The notes under the pieces are model-generated. The model saw only the letters and a list, made by a program, of their open reading frames with translations, was not told the origin of the DNA and made no database searches. A stretch of 64,000 bases of DNA from Spirogloea muscicola (Eukaryota). Every line of letters begins with the position of its first letter. Position 1 is the stretch's first letter. The stretch covers positions 2,048,775 to 2,112,774 of the forward strand of contig WELB01000002.1 in assembly GCA_009602725.1 (NCBI GenBank), read 5' to 3'. A program made the position numbers and the translations under genes. This document shows, one piece after another, positions 22,213 through 34,770 of this stretch.

Positions 22213-23912
22213 GCCGCCCGGCGCGCTGGAGGTGTTCGCCTGCTACCGGTCACTGCGCGAGCTGGAGGGCGCGCGGTTCGCGCGCGTGCCGGCGGCGCTG
22301 CGCCACGGCCTGCGCGACCTCGGGCTCTGCCACTACATGGCCGTCTTCCGATCCGCCTCCGGCGACGCCGTCCAGTTCGACTTCGGGCCCCGCGGAGGCG
22401 ACTGCGCTCTCGCCCCGCCCGGCGCCGGCTCCTCTGGCCCCTCCTCCCCGCCGCCGCAGCCCGCCGCGTCCTCAGGCGAGATCCGCGAGGAGAAGGTGAC
22501 ACCCACCTCAAGGGCCGCTCCGCAGCGAGCGCGGTGCCGCCCGCCTGCCCTGTATCTGGCATCCTTGCTTGGGGGTCCGACCGTCGGCCGCCAAGCCTGT
22601 CTCTATACAGCGCGCTCTCTGGTTCCGGCACTTTGGCCGATCCCCATCTTGTCACCTGGCCTGGCCTCCGGAACGGCCCTGGGTAACACCTCTGCGATGG
22701 TGGCATGGTCATCGCGTGTGCTTCATCCCCTGAGTCTGAGTCTGCTCCCTGTGTGCTGGCCCGCGAGCAGCTGTCACGAGAGTTGCCTGCTTCGAGCATG
22801 TACGTCGGCCGCTCCCGCATGACGATCGAGGACGTCCGAGCCTTCAACTCCACCCGCAACACTATGTACGCCCTCAACCGCAACGATTGTCGGTGAGCGT
22901 CCAAGCCCCAGTTCATTCGACCCCGTCTGAACTCTACAAGAGTCTGGCGTTGTGTTCAGCGTGAGTGTTCAGCATGCTGACTAGCTGGCAGATGTACCGT
23001 GCTGCCTTCGCCTCCTACAGTGGCACGCTCCTGGCAACCTGTGCTCTTGACTTTGGACTTCCTTAGGATTGCAAAGCTCATCACCTGCAGCATTCTGTTT
23101 CCGAAGGTCATGCTAAAGGAGCAGGCGGTCCTGTCTTCAACTGCGTCAGAGCTCTCTCCGCACGATAAGGAGCACGCTTGCAAATACATTTCTCCACGCG
23201 GTTGCTTGACACCGGGTGCTTGTCTATCTGCAGGCACTACGTTGATGAGCTGGTAGAGTACACCACGGGAATAGAAAGTGCCTCCGCATTCTTGATGCGG
23301 CACCATGTGCGGCAACGGTTGCATGTCAGATCAAAAGCACCTGGCCACTTAGCAATGGTTGTGCAGAGAGCCCTTGAAAGGGACAGCACAGAGCTCCTGG
23401 AGAAGGTCACGCGACTGTCTCTGACAGCCACAGCCGCTTGGGCTGTTGGCTTCAGTATGCCTCGCGGGACGATAGCAGCCAGTGACAAGTTGCTCCCAAT
23501 TGCTCTAGCCACGTGCACAGCCCCTCTACTGGGCAGCCTGCTGCAGGGTCCGCACTTGAAGAATGTGAAGGCACATATGGGCAACATTCGGAGACACCAG
23601 ACAACAGCAATCACGGGCCCAATGTTGACACTGCTCCAGGCATCCGACCATCTCCTTCACGAATCAACAGAGCTTGGCCCTGCAACTGGAACAGAAGAGC
23701 AGCTGCCAGACTGGCGGAGCTTGAGCAGGACTCGGTTGCACACAGTGGTCAGCAGAGCCTGGCAGCAAGCGCAGATGCAATGCAAGCACAGCAACTTGCA
23801 GATCCTAATGGACCCTCGGAACAAGGACATCAACCGGACTGGTCTTCCGCTTCATTCTGATGACTATGGTCAGAGGGCCTTTCATTGCCTGCCACTAGCA
23901 CTACAAGCTTGA
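22213..23912 (+). CDS. Uncharacterised protein with permuted papain-like (PPPDE/LRAT-like) His/Cys motifs; 5' end probably lost in a gap
   Basis: Exons 22213-22495, 22771-22892 and 23234-23912 splice in frame. Motifs CHYMAVF, QFDFGP, YVGRS and YALNRNDCRHYV. Confidence 0.65.
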
Positions 23913-24586
23913 CTTGGTGGCGTGTATGTGAGCATTTGCGCACGCATGTGCGCATGTATGTGTGTGTGTGTCAGTGTGTGTTGCACGTTCTTGTATTTTT
24001 GGTACATAGATATATTGCTACGCTGATGCGTAGCTTGTAAATTCTTGGGCCCCCTTGGCTGCCCATTCTTTCGAATTTTTCATCAATTGCTCCAGTCATG
24101 GCTTGCAATATTTGTTGCGCTGGACCATTTGCAGCGATATCATATATTCCAGTACTTCTCCACTTGCTCTAAGCACTGAGTCATACTTCCATGTGCACAA
24201 GCAGCCCAGTCACAACTTAGTTCCTGTCATTGTGTTGCGGGCTACAGAACACACTGCACATATGTGAAGCACACTCGATTGCCTCAGAAAAGAGATTATG
24301 AAATTGGTATGCCCAGAGCGTTTTGGGCTTTCTTCATAATCAACCATACAAAAGTACAATGTGAACATACTTGAGCAGATTCTGACATCACTGCTTCTGA
24401 ACGAATATAATGAATCACTGGTATCCAGCACACCCACTACTTTGTCAATCTAGTTGTCTACAAGGCAGTCTGTCTGTTCGTCTGCATCACAATTATGTGC
24501 CGATCGTCCATATGCAGGCAGATCTGACCTTGCCAGGTACATGGCCAACAATGCAGATAATTCCTACTAAAGCAATGTACAACCGA

Positions 24587-26043
24587 CTACTTGATATACT
24601 TGTTCAAAAATTTGCGATGGAAATCGCTTCTGATTGTGTCGTTGATGAAGCGCTTGGGCGTCTTAGTCTCACCCCGCGACTGGTTCTTGAAGACCACATC
24701 ATCATCCCATCTGTCCATTGCCAAATGCCAGTAGTATAAGGGCTAGAATACGCATATCGATAACCTTCTTAGGCTCAGCACCAATCATCGAGCTGCTCTG
24801 CCAAATTGCTCTGTCCTGATACTCAACCATAAGTCTGCCTGCTCAGAGCTTTGACATAGCATGTGGACACCAGTCAGTATACAAGCTGGCAAACAGTATA
24901 CCTTCTCTTGACAGTAAAAGAAGCCGGCTGATTTAGAAGTGGATTCCCGCGCACCAGCTCCGATTCTCTTGCCCGTAGGTCAACCTCCTGCTGCTGCCTC
25001 TCCTGTGTCACCAACATAGGTCACGGGCTAAGATAGGGCTAAGATTGTAGCAACGGCGTGGCCACACGCAGCCTCACTTTGCGTGCTCACAAAGAATGGC
25101 AAGGACTCGTAAGGCCACCTTGCGCAGCTTCTCCTCCGCCCTCTCCTTCTTTATGCGTTCTAACTCGGCCAATAGCTCTGCTGTGTCATCCTCATCATTG
25201 TCACCGTCGCTGCTTTGCAACAAAAGCAGGAGACTGCAGGAGTCAGCCATGGACCTACACCACTCACAGGCCAGCGGTCGGCGGAGCTCTGAACCTGTCC
25301 TTGACGACTGCTGCATGGCCATGTGCGTGGTGGAAACATCGTTCAAGCTCGCATCGAACAGGGGCCCTGAGTGCAAGCATAGGGGCTGGCTGTCTCGGAT
25401 GGCTGGCCGTCCGAACCTGTCGTCTGACTCATCCGCAGGGCCAGGGTCGGAGTCGTCGGCATCAATGTTCTTGATGGCGGGCCGCTCCTCGTGCCGTGGC
25501 CTGACTGCCCTTGCAGGAACCACCCAGTCGGTGGGCTCAGAAGTGCAGCCCGAGATGGCTCATGGGGCTCGTGCTTTCGATCATGCAGCAAGGAGGGACG
25601 AGAGCGGGGCCCGGGTAGCAGAGGCCCCGCAGGCGGCCGAGGGTCGCAGCGTGCCGGTGGGCGCGTAGAGAGCACCTCGGTGGTCGCGGTCCCGGTCCCT
25701 CTCCCTGTCGCGCGCCGCAAAGTGCCTGTGCTCCTTCTCTTCGAGCTCGTCCCGCAGGCTGCGGCTCTTGAGCTCCTCGCGCGTGTCCTGCCCCTCCTTC
25801 CTGCACGGCACACCGGCGGGGGCGGGCACGCGGTGGCTCGGCTCAGGCCGTAGCGGCGGGAGGCGTACGAGGAGGCAGCGCGGGGGCAGGGGGGAGGAGC
25901 CCAGGAGCACACCGCGGCTTGAGCTTGGTGTGGCTGGCGAGGTCGCGCGAGGAGAACTTCTGGGAGGGCCCAAAGATGCGCGCGCCGCCCTGCTCGTCGC
26001 TGCCTTTGGCGGGCGCCCACGTCGGCCGCGCCGCCGTCGTCAT
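24587..26043 (-). CDS. CWC15: Pre-mRNA splicing factor CWC15
   Basis: [14 protein letters not shown]...[75 protein letters not shown]. Confidence 0.96.
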
Positions 26044-26147
26044 GGCGGCCCCGGCGGGCGGGCGGCCCGGCGCGGCAGAGGGGAGGGGACGGTGGCGCCG
26101 GTGGCGCGCTCAGGCACCTGGCGACACAGCCCAGACAGCACGAAAGN

Positions 26148-28270
26148 TCCGGCTGCCGCTCCGCCGCCAGCCGCCTACACCGCAGGCCCGCGGCTCCTCG
26201 CTGGCAGGCCTGCGCCTCCGTCCGCCCGCGGCTGCCTCTCGGCCCCAGCGTGCGGTCGTTGCGGCCGCTGCCTCTGACGGCAACGGCGACGGCTCCCTTG
26301 TCCCGTTCGAACCCAGGTCAGTTTTCGGGAGGCTCCCCTCTGGCCGCCCGTCGAGCTCCGGCAGACGCTCGCAGCCTAGGCACTCGACTCCTCGTCAGCC
26401 AGTGAGTGTGGTCGGAGACTGCCTGCCACAGCTCCGGCGGCGGCGCCGCCGACGACACCATGACGGTGAACAACTTCTGCATCATCGAGGGCCGCGACAC
26501 GGTCCAGGACTTCGCCAAGATGCAGCTGCAGGAGATCAAGGACGCCATCAACACTCGCCGGAACCGCATCTTCCTCCTCATGGAAGAGGTGCCCGCAACT
26601 TGACCTGCTCTTGGTGGTCCCAGTGACGGGGGTTGAAGCCCACCTCTCGCGTCGAGCCGCGTCGACGTGTTCACGAGGCACACGTGGCCTCACAGGTGTC
26701 GATGCTGTGCCTGCCTCTGTGACTCATCCATGTGGCGGCCCTAGGTGAGAAGGCTGCGAATACAGAAACGAGCTAAGAGCAAGGAACAGGGCTTGGAAGA
26801 GGAAGCTCAAGGGGAGGAGCAACTCGAATACCCATCCAACATCCCCTTCCTGCCCCCTCTGGTAATGTCGCCAACCAGCATCGGCACGCAGTTCTATGAA
26901 GATGGCCGTTCAAGCACTTGCGTGTCAACGCATTGCCATCCACTATCATATTATTCCACCAGGCACATGCTGGTGACATGAAGCCACAAGACTTTGTGAC
27001 AAGTGGCAGAGCCGCAAGCCACATGGTCCCAGCTTGAACAACAAGTGCTGTCACATTTGTGCCTCTGCAGACACCGTCTACATTGCAACAGTACTGGGTG
27101 ACATTTTTCTCCCTCGTCATTGGGATTATTGTCTTCGGAGGTTTCCTTGCTCCCACTGTGCGTGCCTCCGATCCTTGGGTCATAGTACCTTCTAGGCTAT
27201 TGTGCACCACGGCCAACAAGGCTTTGCAACCAAGTCTGAATCTGGGGCCTATGGATGCATCTCGCTGCGGCGCTTAGGTGCCTTGAGCCAGAGCGAGTGA
27301 ATGCATTTCTTAATGGCGCCACTGACAAACATTTCTGGCTCAGCTTGAGTTAAAGCTTGGTCTAGGTGGCACGTCCTATGAGGACTTCATCTTGTCCCTC
27401 CATCTTCCTGTACAATTGAGGTGCCCGTCCTGAATTGCCTATTTAATCATGCATTTCAAATTGAGCATGTACATCTGCCAGCAGAGCAGCTGTTCTTGGA
27501 TGGACCTTTCCCTTGCAGTAGTTCGCAGTCATATGATGGGCATATTTGTAATTGTAGATGGCATACAATACATTATGTTTGTTGGTCGCTTCGAACCCTC
27601 TGGGTGCTTACCTGTACGTTGTGATTTTGACATGGACAGCCAGGTGGATCCCATTGTGGCATCCTTTTCGGGTGGAGCTGTTGGTGTATTGTCTACGCTA
27701 ATGGTCGTAGAGGCCAATAATGTCAACCAACAAGAACACAAAAAGTGCCGTTATTGTCTTGGTACAGGTACTGGCCTTAAATCAAACCCCAAAAGTTCCG
27801 AGCATGTCACACAAAGTAGTTCTGAAGTTCTTAACGTTTCTATCTTGCTGTCGATTAATACCAACAACGTTGGCTCTTTTACCCCTCTTCAGGTTACTTA
27901 GCATGCGCTCGGTGCTCGGGCACTGGCTTTCTACCTACTGTGGAAGCATTGGCAACAACATCTGGCTCCTCTTTGACTGCAAATGGGCCCCTAACACACC
28001 CGCGTCTACAACGCTGCGTTACTTGCTCGGGAGCTGCAAAGGTAACCCACTCATTACCTCTTAGATGGCTGTATCGTAATACCCCTAGGATGTTAACCAT
28101 CTTGTCGACTTCTTCTAAATATCTGCTGTGGACATCACTATTTCCATATTGCATCCAACCTAATTTTAAATTGATGATACTATGGCAAGCAGGTCATGTG
28201 TCCCACTTGCTTGTGCACGGGAAGAACACTTGCTACCGAGCACGACCCTCGGATAGATCCATTTGACTAG
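26148..28270 (+). CDS. OR: ORANGE protein (plastid DnaJ-like zinc-finger chaperone); start uncertain near the N at 26147
   Basis: FCIIEGRDTVQDFAKMQLQEI..RRNRIFLLMEEVRRLRIQ; IPFLPPL; LELKLGLGGTSYEDFI; QVDPIVASFSGGAVGV; CRYCLGTGYLACARCSGTG; KVMCPTCLCTG..LATEHDPRIDPFD-stop. Confidence 0.96.
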
Positions 28271-28599
28271 CTTCAAGGCATCGGGTTGTTAGCATTCCGT
28301 CAGCTACTTGGACTGCAGTTGTAAACATTCCTCCAGCTACTTGGACTGCAGTTGTGCACTACTAGCATGTAGATTGCGGCTAGGCAAGGTTTATCTGACT
28401 TATTATGCACTGTCTGCTGGATCTTCTTCCATGTGTAGCCCTATTTGTGAAGCTTGTTATTGCTTCACTATAACTTTTGCAACTCAAGGCACCACGTTAT
28501 TTGGACGTGCCTTCGTACTTCTGATACATTAACGTTCCAAGCTTTACTGTAAAAGGTCTAGGTTTCTTGTGTTTGACAAAGCAGCACCACAATTTGATT

Positions 28600-31500
28600 C
28601 TCGAGGTTTGAGAGCTAATTCGAGCGTTGTGACTGTGAGGGGCTAATGCTTATCGTTTGCAGTCGACAGACAGAGGTGATGTGCGAAGCTAGAATATAGG
28701 GTCCAAAACCCTTGAGACGAGACGCTTGCGATTGACGAAAGGTGAGGGAACAGGGTGGCTCGATAGAAGCAACCCAGTTGCTGCATCACATCCAGAGGCA
28801 GCTTCACAACATTGACCGGCTGCAAGCTGCTTGAACTGAATGCCGTTCGAGGGAGCCCACCCTCCAGCTGCTCGTGTCACCCTCCTTGTATGTGGCCAGT
28901 GGCCGAATTCTCTACCAGCAGGGACATCAGCAGCCTGCGCGGAGTAGGCTGCACAAACACGATGTTGTTGCAAAAGGCCTGTCTTCAACGGGCTTGACCT
29001 GACCCCTGGCCAAGCAACCCCGATGACAGTTGCCACCACAGCAGCGGATAGTGTGGTCACGAGCGGGTCTTCATCGTGGCCCCAGCTCCCTCACGGGTTA
29101 CTAGCGAACACGGATACAATAGAACAAATCCCCGGGTCTCTTGTGTATTCATGTGCAGTCAAGGGCTTTCAATCCAAGCCGCCCAACCTCCAATTGCTGG
29201 ATCCAATGGCTGGAGTAAAAGCTGGCAGGCTTACTTCTTGCGTCAACTTGTGACCCGATACTGTACAACAAGGGCATATTAGGCCTGCGAGACACTACCA
29301 AACGCCTTGGTAATATCCAGAGGTATGACTACGTCTGCGAGATAAGCGAGCTGCAGTTAATAGCAATTAGATTGATAAGCTTAGTAGGAAAAGCCCAAGG
29401 TGATAGTCCCGCCCAAGGTGTTCCCGCAGCTTGTGACGTTGAATAATGCGCGTCGCAATGCATGACGTAGATGCCGGGAAGTAGGAGCCAAGTTTTGAGT
29501 GCACCGTGAGTACGGATTGCATTGGCGGTCAGTGTAGCTGCAGCGGCGGCCCTTACGAGGTTGGATGTAGCATTGTATGTGACAACTTTAAATGTTGTTT
29601 GTCATCGAGCCGTTCAAGCCGCTTTTCCGGCTTAGCTGTCATCACCAAGCCGCCGTCCCCATCCACTTCAATGCGTCTCCTACGTACACGGCCGTCAGCC
29701 TTGTCACGCTGGATGTAATAACCCAGCCGTTTGGTTAAGCCACACGGGTCTCTTGGCATTACACGACCGGCCATTTGGGACAAGTGGCCCGCCAGGTGGC
29801 GGGTTGGCTTGCCGGGCAAGTGGCCCGCCCAGGTGCGGGCCCCGCCCGTCCAGAAATACCCCTCGCTAGGATCCGCCCGTTCAAGGGAGGGATCTTTGGC
29901 CAGCCGCAAGGCAGCCCATAGGGCGACCCGCTCACAGCCCTGGAGGGGGGGTGGCACGGGGAAGCACGAAGAGCCTTGGGCTGAGGCTCGACAGGAGTTC
30001 GAACCAGGAAACCCAGGAGCAGCCTTGCCGCTGCTCGCCGCTGCAGCCGCCGCCGCCGCCGCACTCCGCTGCGGGGCCTGCTGCGCCGAGCCTGCGCCTA
30101 GGAGGCGGAGTCGCCGCCGGACGGCAGCGCCACAGGGCCTGTCTTCCGCTGCGCCGATGCGCTAGTGCTTTGCCTGTGTAGTGGGTTGGTCCCTAAACCC
30201 CCTACAGCTGAACTCAATAAGGACACCTCACCCTAACTGCGTGTGTAGGGGCGGGTTAATTACACTGGTTGTCAATATCATGCATGACTTGTGTCAACGT
30301 CATTGCGCAGGTGAAGCGCGGGTGACGTGCAATGTGATACGCTTTGAGTGTAACACAAAGTCGACGCAGTATCTACACAGTCGCACAAGCTTGGGCAGGT
30401 CCTGGGCGAGTATGCCTCAACTCGCATTCCCCAATCTTGCCAGGGCCGCGGCCACCCAAGTGGCGGGCCTTGCAATCCCGCAGCCTGAAAGGGTGGGGGT
30501 GGCACATGAGTTTCAAGGTCGATGGCCTGAGACTGGCTTGGGGAGATGAGGTTGGTGAGGCCCGGGGAGAGAGGCGCAGCCCTGCTGCCGCCTCCTACCA
30601 CATCCCCGTCGCTGAGCTCGCTGCTGGCTCGCAGTCCGGCTGCTACTCATAGCGCAGCCCATCGCTGCAGCAGCTGGCGGCTCTGTTTTCCTACCCACAT
30701 TGGCGTGGCTCTGTGGGAGGTTGCTCGTTGTGGCCGGAAATGGAGACGCGCCAGACGGCGGCGCCACAGGCCAGAAATATTGCCGCATGTGTGCAGTATT
30801 TGTGGCGTGTGCGCGAGGGCTACATGTGTAGGCAAAGGAATGCTACTGAAATCCTTACTGTCAGTTCCAACAAGGACGTTCAGATCCCCTTACTGTGTGG
30901 TAGGCGATTGATACATCAATATTAAAGACGTCCTTGCTTTTAGATAGCCTTATGATTGGACATGTCCCACGATGCAAAGACTTGTCCAATGTTCCATGAT
31001 TGTCTTCGTGACTTCATAAGGCTGCCAATGTGAATTTGTAGATCCGTCAAATTGATGTAAATTTGCACTGGGACGTGTTGCGTGTGCCACCCTCCCGCCC
31101 GCGACAACAGGCGGCCGAGGTCACCTGATGCCACGAGGTACTTCACAGCGGTGGCGATTAACATTGTATGGTGTCAGTATTCCCCCTGTGGAACGCCTGT
31201 GGCGGGCAGATCGCCTGCTGCATGGAACGGAGGGGAAATGGGTATCGCTGGGCGGCAAAGCAGGCTGTCGGCCAGGAGTTTGTATTCCAGCGCTGGTCCC
31301 TCGGCAGCTTCTTGTGCGGCTTTGCTTTTGGGTATGCTTATTGCTTGCGGACATGGTTGCTTGCTGGTCTAGGGCGCCAATTCTACTCTGACATACCCGC
31401 CACAACCGCCTCGCAGAATGTCTTGCCACACTACCTTGAAGACTTCGGTTGTTGGTGTGACATGGCACGGCAGCAATGAAAGTGCGCTCCTGAGTCCTTG
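28600..31500 (-). mobile_element. Highly degenerate APE-type LINE remnant, split by a solo LTR
   Basis: Minus-strand remnants in the expected order: VASGDL (~31125) and SNHKAI (~30945), resembling the APE GDFN and SDH motifs; LDITKAFGSV (~29291-29320); frameshifted GV-GQGS-SPL (~28985-29021). Ends are approximate. Confidence 0.5.
29714..30264 (+). mobile_element. Solo LTR, family A
   Basis: TGTAAT...ATTACA termini; flanks CTGGA/CTGGT (5-bp TSD with one mismatch). Homologous to 38132-38638 and 62341-62875. Confidence 0.9.
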
Positions 31501-31684
31501 GCTGCCGGCACTTCAATATGCCGAGGTCAAGAAGCTACTGTGACGTGCTAGCATTGGTACGAGCGCTCAGCCGGAACGGCCCGGATCTTGACGGGAGCGT
31601 TGAGTAGAGGTCAAGTACTTAGAAACTGCTACCTCAGAAGGAGTGCCGCAGGTGACCACTGTATCGAGGGCACGGCAATTTACA

Positions 31685-31865
31685 TAGAAGAAGGAGGGCT
31701 CGCCCACTGAGGATAGGGGCTGGAATAGGCCAGCCCAAAAAAGAATGAACAAAAGGACGAGAAGGGGCCAGGGGAAGCACTAAGACAAGCACAAAATGAA
31801 ACTAAGCAGCTACGAAGAGGCTGGGTTCCTGGAAGCGAGTCCCCTGGCAAGAGCCAGAGGACCCG
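31685..31865 (-). mobile_element. CRE-like 3' end
   Basis: GSCQGTRFQEPS plus a tail homologous to 5625-5830. Confidence 0.7.
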
Positions 31866-32119
31866 CTTGTATAGGCATTGCGTAAATGGGGGGCAGTCGC
31901 AATGTATAATCGACCTCGACCTACAATCCGTTCCTGAGAAAACATATTAGCTTCGAAGAGAGCCGCCACCACGTGAAGGCACGTGCTTACAGCAGTCATG
32001 TGAGTCTCATCACTACCAGTCCAAGCTACACAGCCGGAGAGGAGCCTACCATCTGCACAGGCGATAGCTTTACAGACGAGCCTGCGACGTTGTTGTTCTA
32101 CATTGTGACGTACTGAGGG

Positions 32120-32962
32120 TGTAACGTTCCCATCAGTTACGTGCCATTTACCCTGGGTTAAACGCTAACGCGTAGGAACGGCGCGCGGCCCCAGTATCGT
32201 TGGCTTGCGACACGTCGGCAAAGCGCGACAGTGAGCGCGGCGCGCCGCGGCTCGCCAGAGCTGCCGCCGCATGGCAGCCGGGCCGCCGGGCCGCCGGCCG
32301 CATGGCCGCCGTGCCGCCGGAGCGGCCGCCGTATCACCACCGTATCGCCGCCGCACCACTGGTGCGGCCGGCGCATGGCCGCCGCACCGCCGGCTACCCT
32401 GCGGTGCCGCCGGACTCGTAGTGACATGCTTGTGACGCGTGTGGCGCTGTGACGCGCCCGGCGGCACCACGCCGCGCATGGCGGCGCCGCCGCCCTCACG
32501 ATCGTATCCCCCTTGTCGGGCCCGCCTTCTCGAAGGTGGACCTTGAGGCGAGCCTCCCAGAGACCCCTGGGGAGGGTGGCACATGAAGAACTATAAGTAG
32601 GGCTGCGACCAGCCTCAGGGCACCCGGTCCAAGTCAGCGAAGCCCACGCGAGAGAGAGTCGCGCAGCCCTGCTGCCGCCTGCTGCCGCAGCTCGTCCACG
32701 CAGGCCTGCTGCTGCCTGCTGCTCAGCCCGGATCTTCAGTGGCTCTCCTGAAGGTAGACTGTGGCTGCTCCCTTTGGGGACAGTTGCTGTTCCGTACTAA
32801 GAGGTGAGTCTACGCTCGTCGGCGGCGCCTCAGGGCACGGTTTTCCGCTGCGTGTCCACGAGGTGCTTCACTGTGCTGGGGGTTCGTCTCTAAACCTCAG
32901 CAACCGAAGCCAGTAAGGACGTTCTAACCATTGACTGTCTGTATGGGGTTCAGTACGTCACA
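32120..32962 (+). mobile_element. LTR, family B
   Basis: TGTAAC...GTCACA termini; homologous to 51035-51956 and 63225-64000. No TSD found. Confidence 0.8.
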
Positions 32963-33269
32963 AAAAGGTCCAGGAGTACCTGGTACCTGGTAGGATGCGA
33001 CACCCGTCCGGTTTGCGAAGTTCAGAGTAGTCGACGATAGCATTGCCAGCTTAGCGCGCTATCCACTGTTGTGTTCGGATTTGTGAACTACAGTCTTTAG
33101 CCAGAGTATCTTCCGCATTTCTGGCTTCCACTGCCGCTTCGAGGCTAATCCTCGAGCTCCATAGCGGAGAGGCGAGGTCTTGGGGGTTCCTAAGCGCCAT
33201 GTCAGGCTGCGTCCAAGCCTCACCTCCTCACTCGGTCGTCCCGCCCTGGCTGGAATGTACTGATCTCAG

Positions 33270-33792
33270 GGTTTATTACGTCCTTACTGGGGTTCGGACC
33301 TAAGCGATTTTAGGGACTGCACCCTTACAGAATGGGACGCCAGCGCGCACAGCGCAGCCGAAGTCTTACCCTGAGGCACCGCCAGAAGGCGGTGACACCA
33401 CTGAGGGTCTGGCTTAGAAGCTGTCCCCACATAGGGCGCAGCCATAGCACTTACAGAGAGCCAGTGATGCCCGCAGCGACGAGCCGCGACGACGGGCTGA
33501 GCAGCAGACGGCAGCAGCAGAGAGCTGTAGCGGCGGCTGCGGCAGCAGGCAAGCAGGGCTGTGCCTCTCTCTGGGCGTCACTGGTCCGACTCATGAGTCT
33601 GGCCTCGGCCTTCTACTCACAGCGTTCCATCTGCCACCCCTCCCCAGAGGAAGAGGGTAGCCCCAAGGACTTCCTCGGAGGGGCGCACCCGACAATGGGA
33701 ATACGATTCCAGGGGATTGGTTCCGATGACTGCCGCGTGCAGCGAAGCAGCGCCAGGCGCATGGAGTAAATTCCCGGGCGATGCCGCTTACA
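33270..33792 (-). mobile_element. Degenerate LTR, family C-like
   Basis: Reverse-complement similarity to 54600-55080. Ends are approximate. Confidence 0.7.
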
Positions 33793-33849
33793 GTGAAGCA
33801 TCGCCCGCCAGAAAGGGTACGGCTCCAGGGCAATGCCACGTGCAGCGAA

Positions 33850-34770
33850 GAGAAGGCGGCTGCTGATGTTAAGGAGCGGCTGTATAAGCCAGCGAGATGC
33901 ATATAAGTGTTCAAGACGGAGACACAGGCTAGGCAGACAGGGCGCTGTTAACACCTCCGTGTCAGCAGTAGGAAGTGAAATGAGCTGAGGGGAGGAAGAG
34001 CAACCCCGCTGCAAGCCGAGGCTTCTGCAAGGGCGCGACCGGCTTGGCGATAACCAAGCGCTTGGGACCGCTGTAGGCACATGAATAAACGCATGCGGTA
34101 GCAGGACACAAGACCCAAAGGCACCGAGCCTCCAGGAAGTGCTTGCAGCCTGTTCGTGGCGCCGCTGTCAGCTTGAGAGGCCAGCAGTGAATGTAGTAAC
34201 AAGGACCACCGACCCCCCTAACAACCGTGGATGTCCGTGGCCAGGGAACAGCGGTTTGAAATTGACTGGTGGCAGTGAGAGGCCAGCCCAAAAGACTGGA
34301 CAAGGTCTGGAGGGGACTTGTACCCCCTGTACAAGATATCGCCAGCCAGGTGGTCCTTGAACTTAAGTATCCCTTTTATTCGGCCACCGTTACAGCATAG
34401 CCGGTCTCAGAAGTGATGGGGCCCTTCTTCCAGAAGCTCTCGGTGAGGACGACCATGAGAAGCCCCTTGCTACCTCTCAGGGGGACGCCGACCAGATCGT
34501 GCGAGGGACCCGTTGCGGAGTTAGACGTGCATCACCCCGGTGCTCTCAACGCCACTTTATATCCCGCCTCCTTGAAGATGCCACACATCGTGTCACGTAT
34601 GGGATTGCGGGCGCCCGTGTGCTTACTGCCTTTGGCGCACTGATAGGAGCCGAGCCTGGCCTCGAAGCAGCGCTCCCCGAAAGGGGTACAGATTCCGGAC
34701 AACGGCGCATGCAGTGAAGCAGCACCTCCCGCGCAGTACGACTCCTGGACGATGCCGGGTTGCACGCGCG
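33850..34770 (-). mobile_element. CRE-like zinc-knuckle/RLE fragments and tails
   Basis: QCAKGSKHTGARNPIRDTMCGIFKEAGYKV (34532-34660); YRMRLFMCLQRSQALG...LLLTRRC-stop plus tail (33855-34200); hairpin remnant at ~34280. Confidence 0.65.

Noticed and set aside
26041..26044. Overlapping opposite-strand start codons (CATG) for CWC15 and OR
   Set aside because: The forward frame crosses an N at 26147 that probably marks a gap, so the OR start cannot be assigned to this ATG.
6594..28270. Lipid/carotenoid gene cluster (LBP, DGAT2, ACAD8, OR)
   Set aside because: The products act in different compartments and pathways and are interleaved with unrelated genes; probably coincidence.
30190..30240. CCCTAAACCC and CCCTAA motifs as interstitial telomere
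   Set aside because: Single units at a fixed position in LTRs rather than arrays; at most a telo-box-like motif.
29714..30264. Retrozyme or hammerhead ribozyme in the short LTRs
   Set aside because: No conserved CTGANGA...GAAA core was seen across the three copies; an Infernal search would be decisive.
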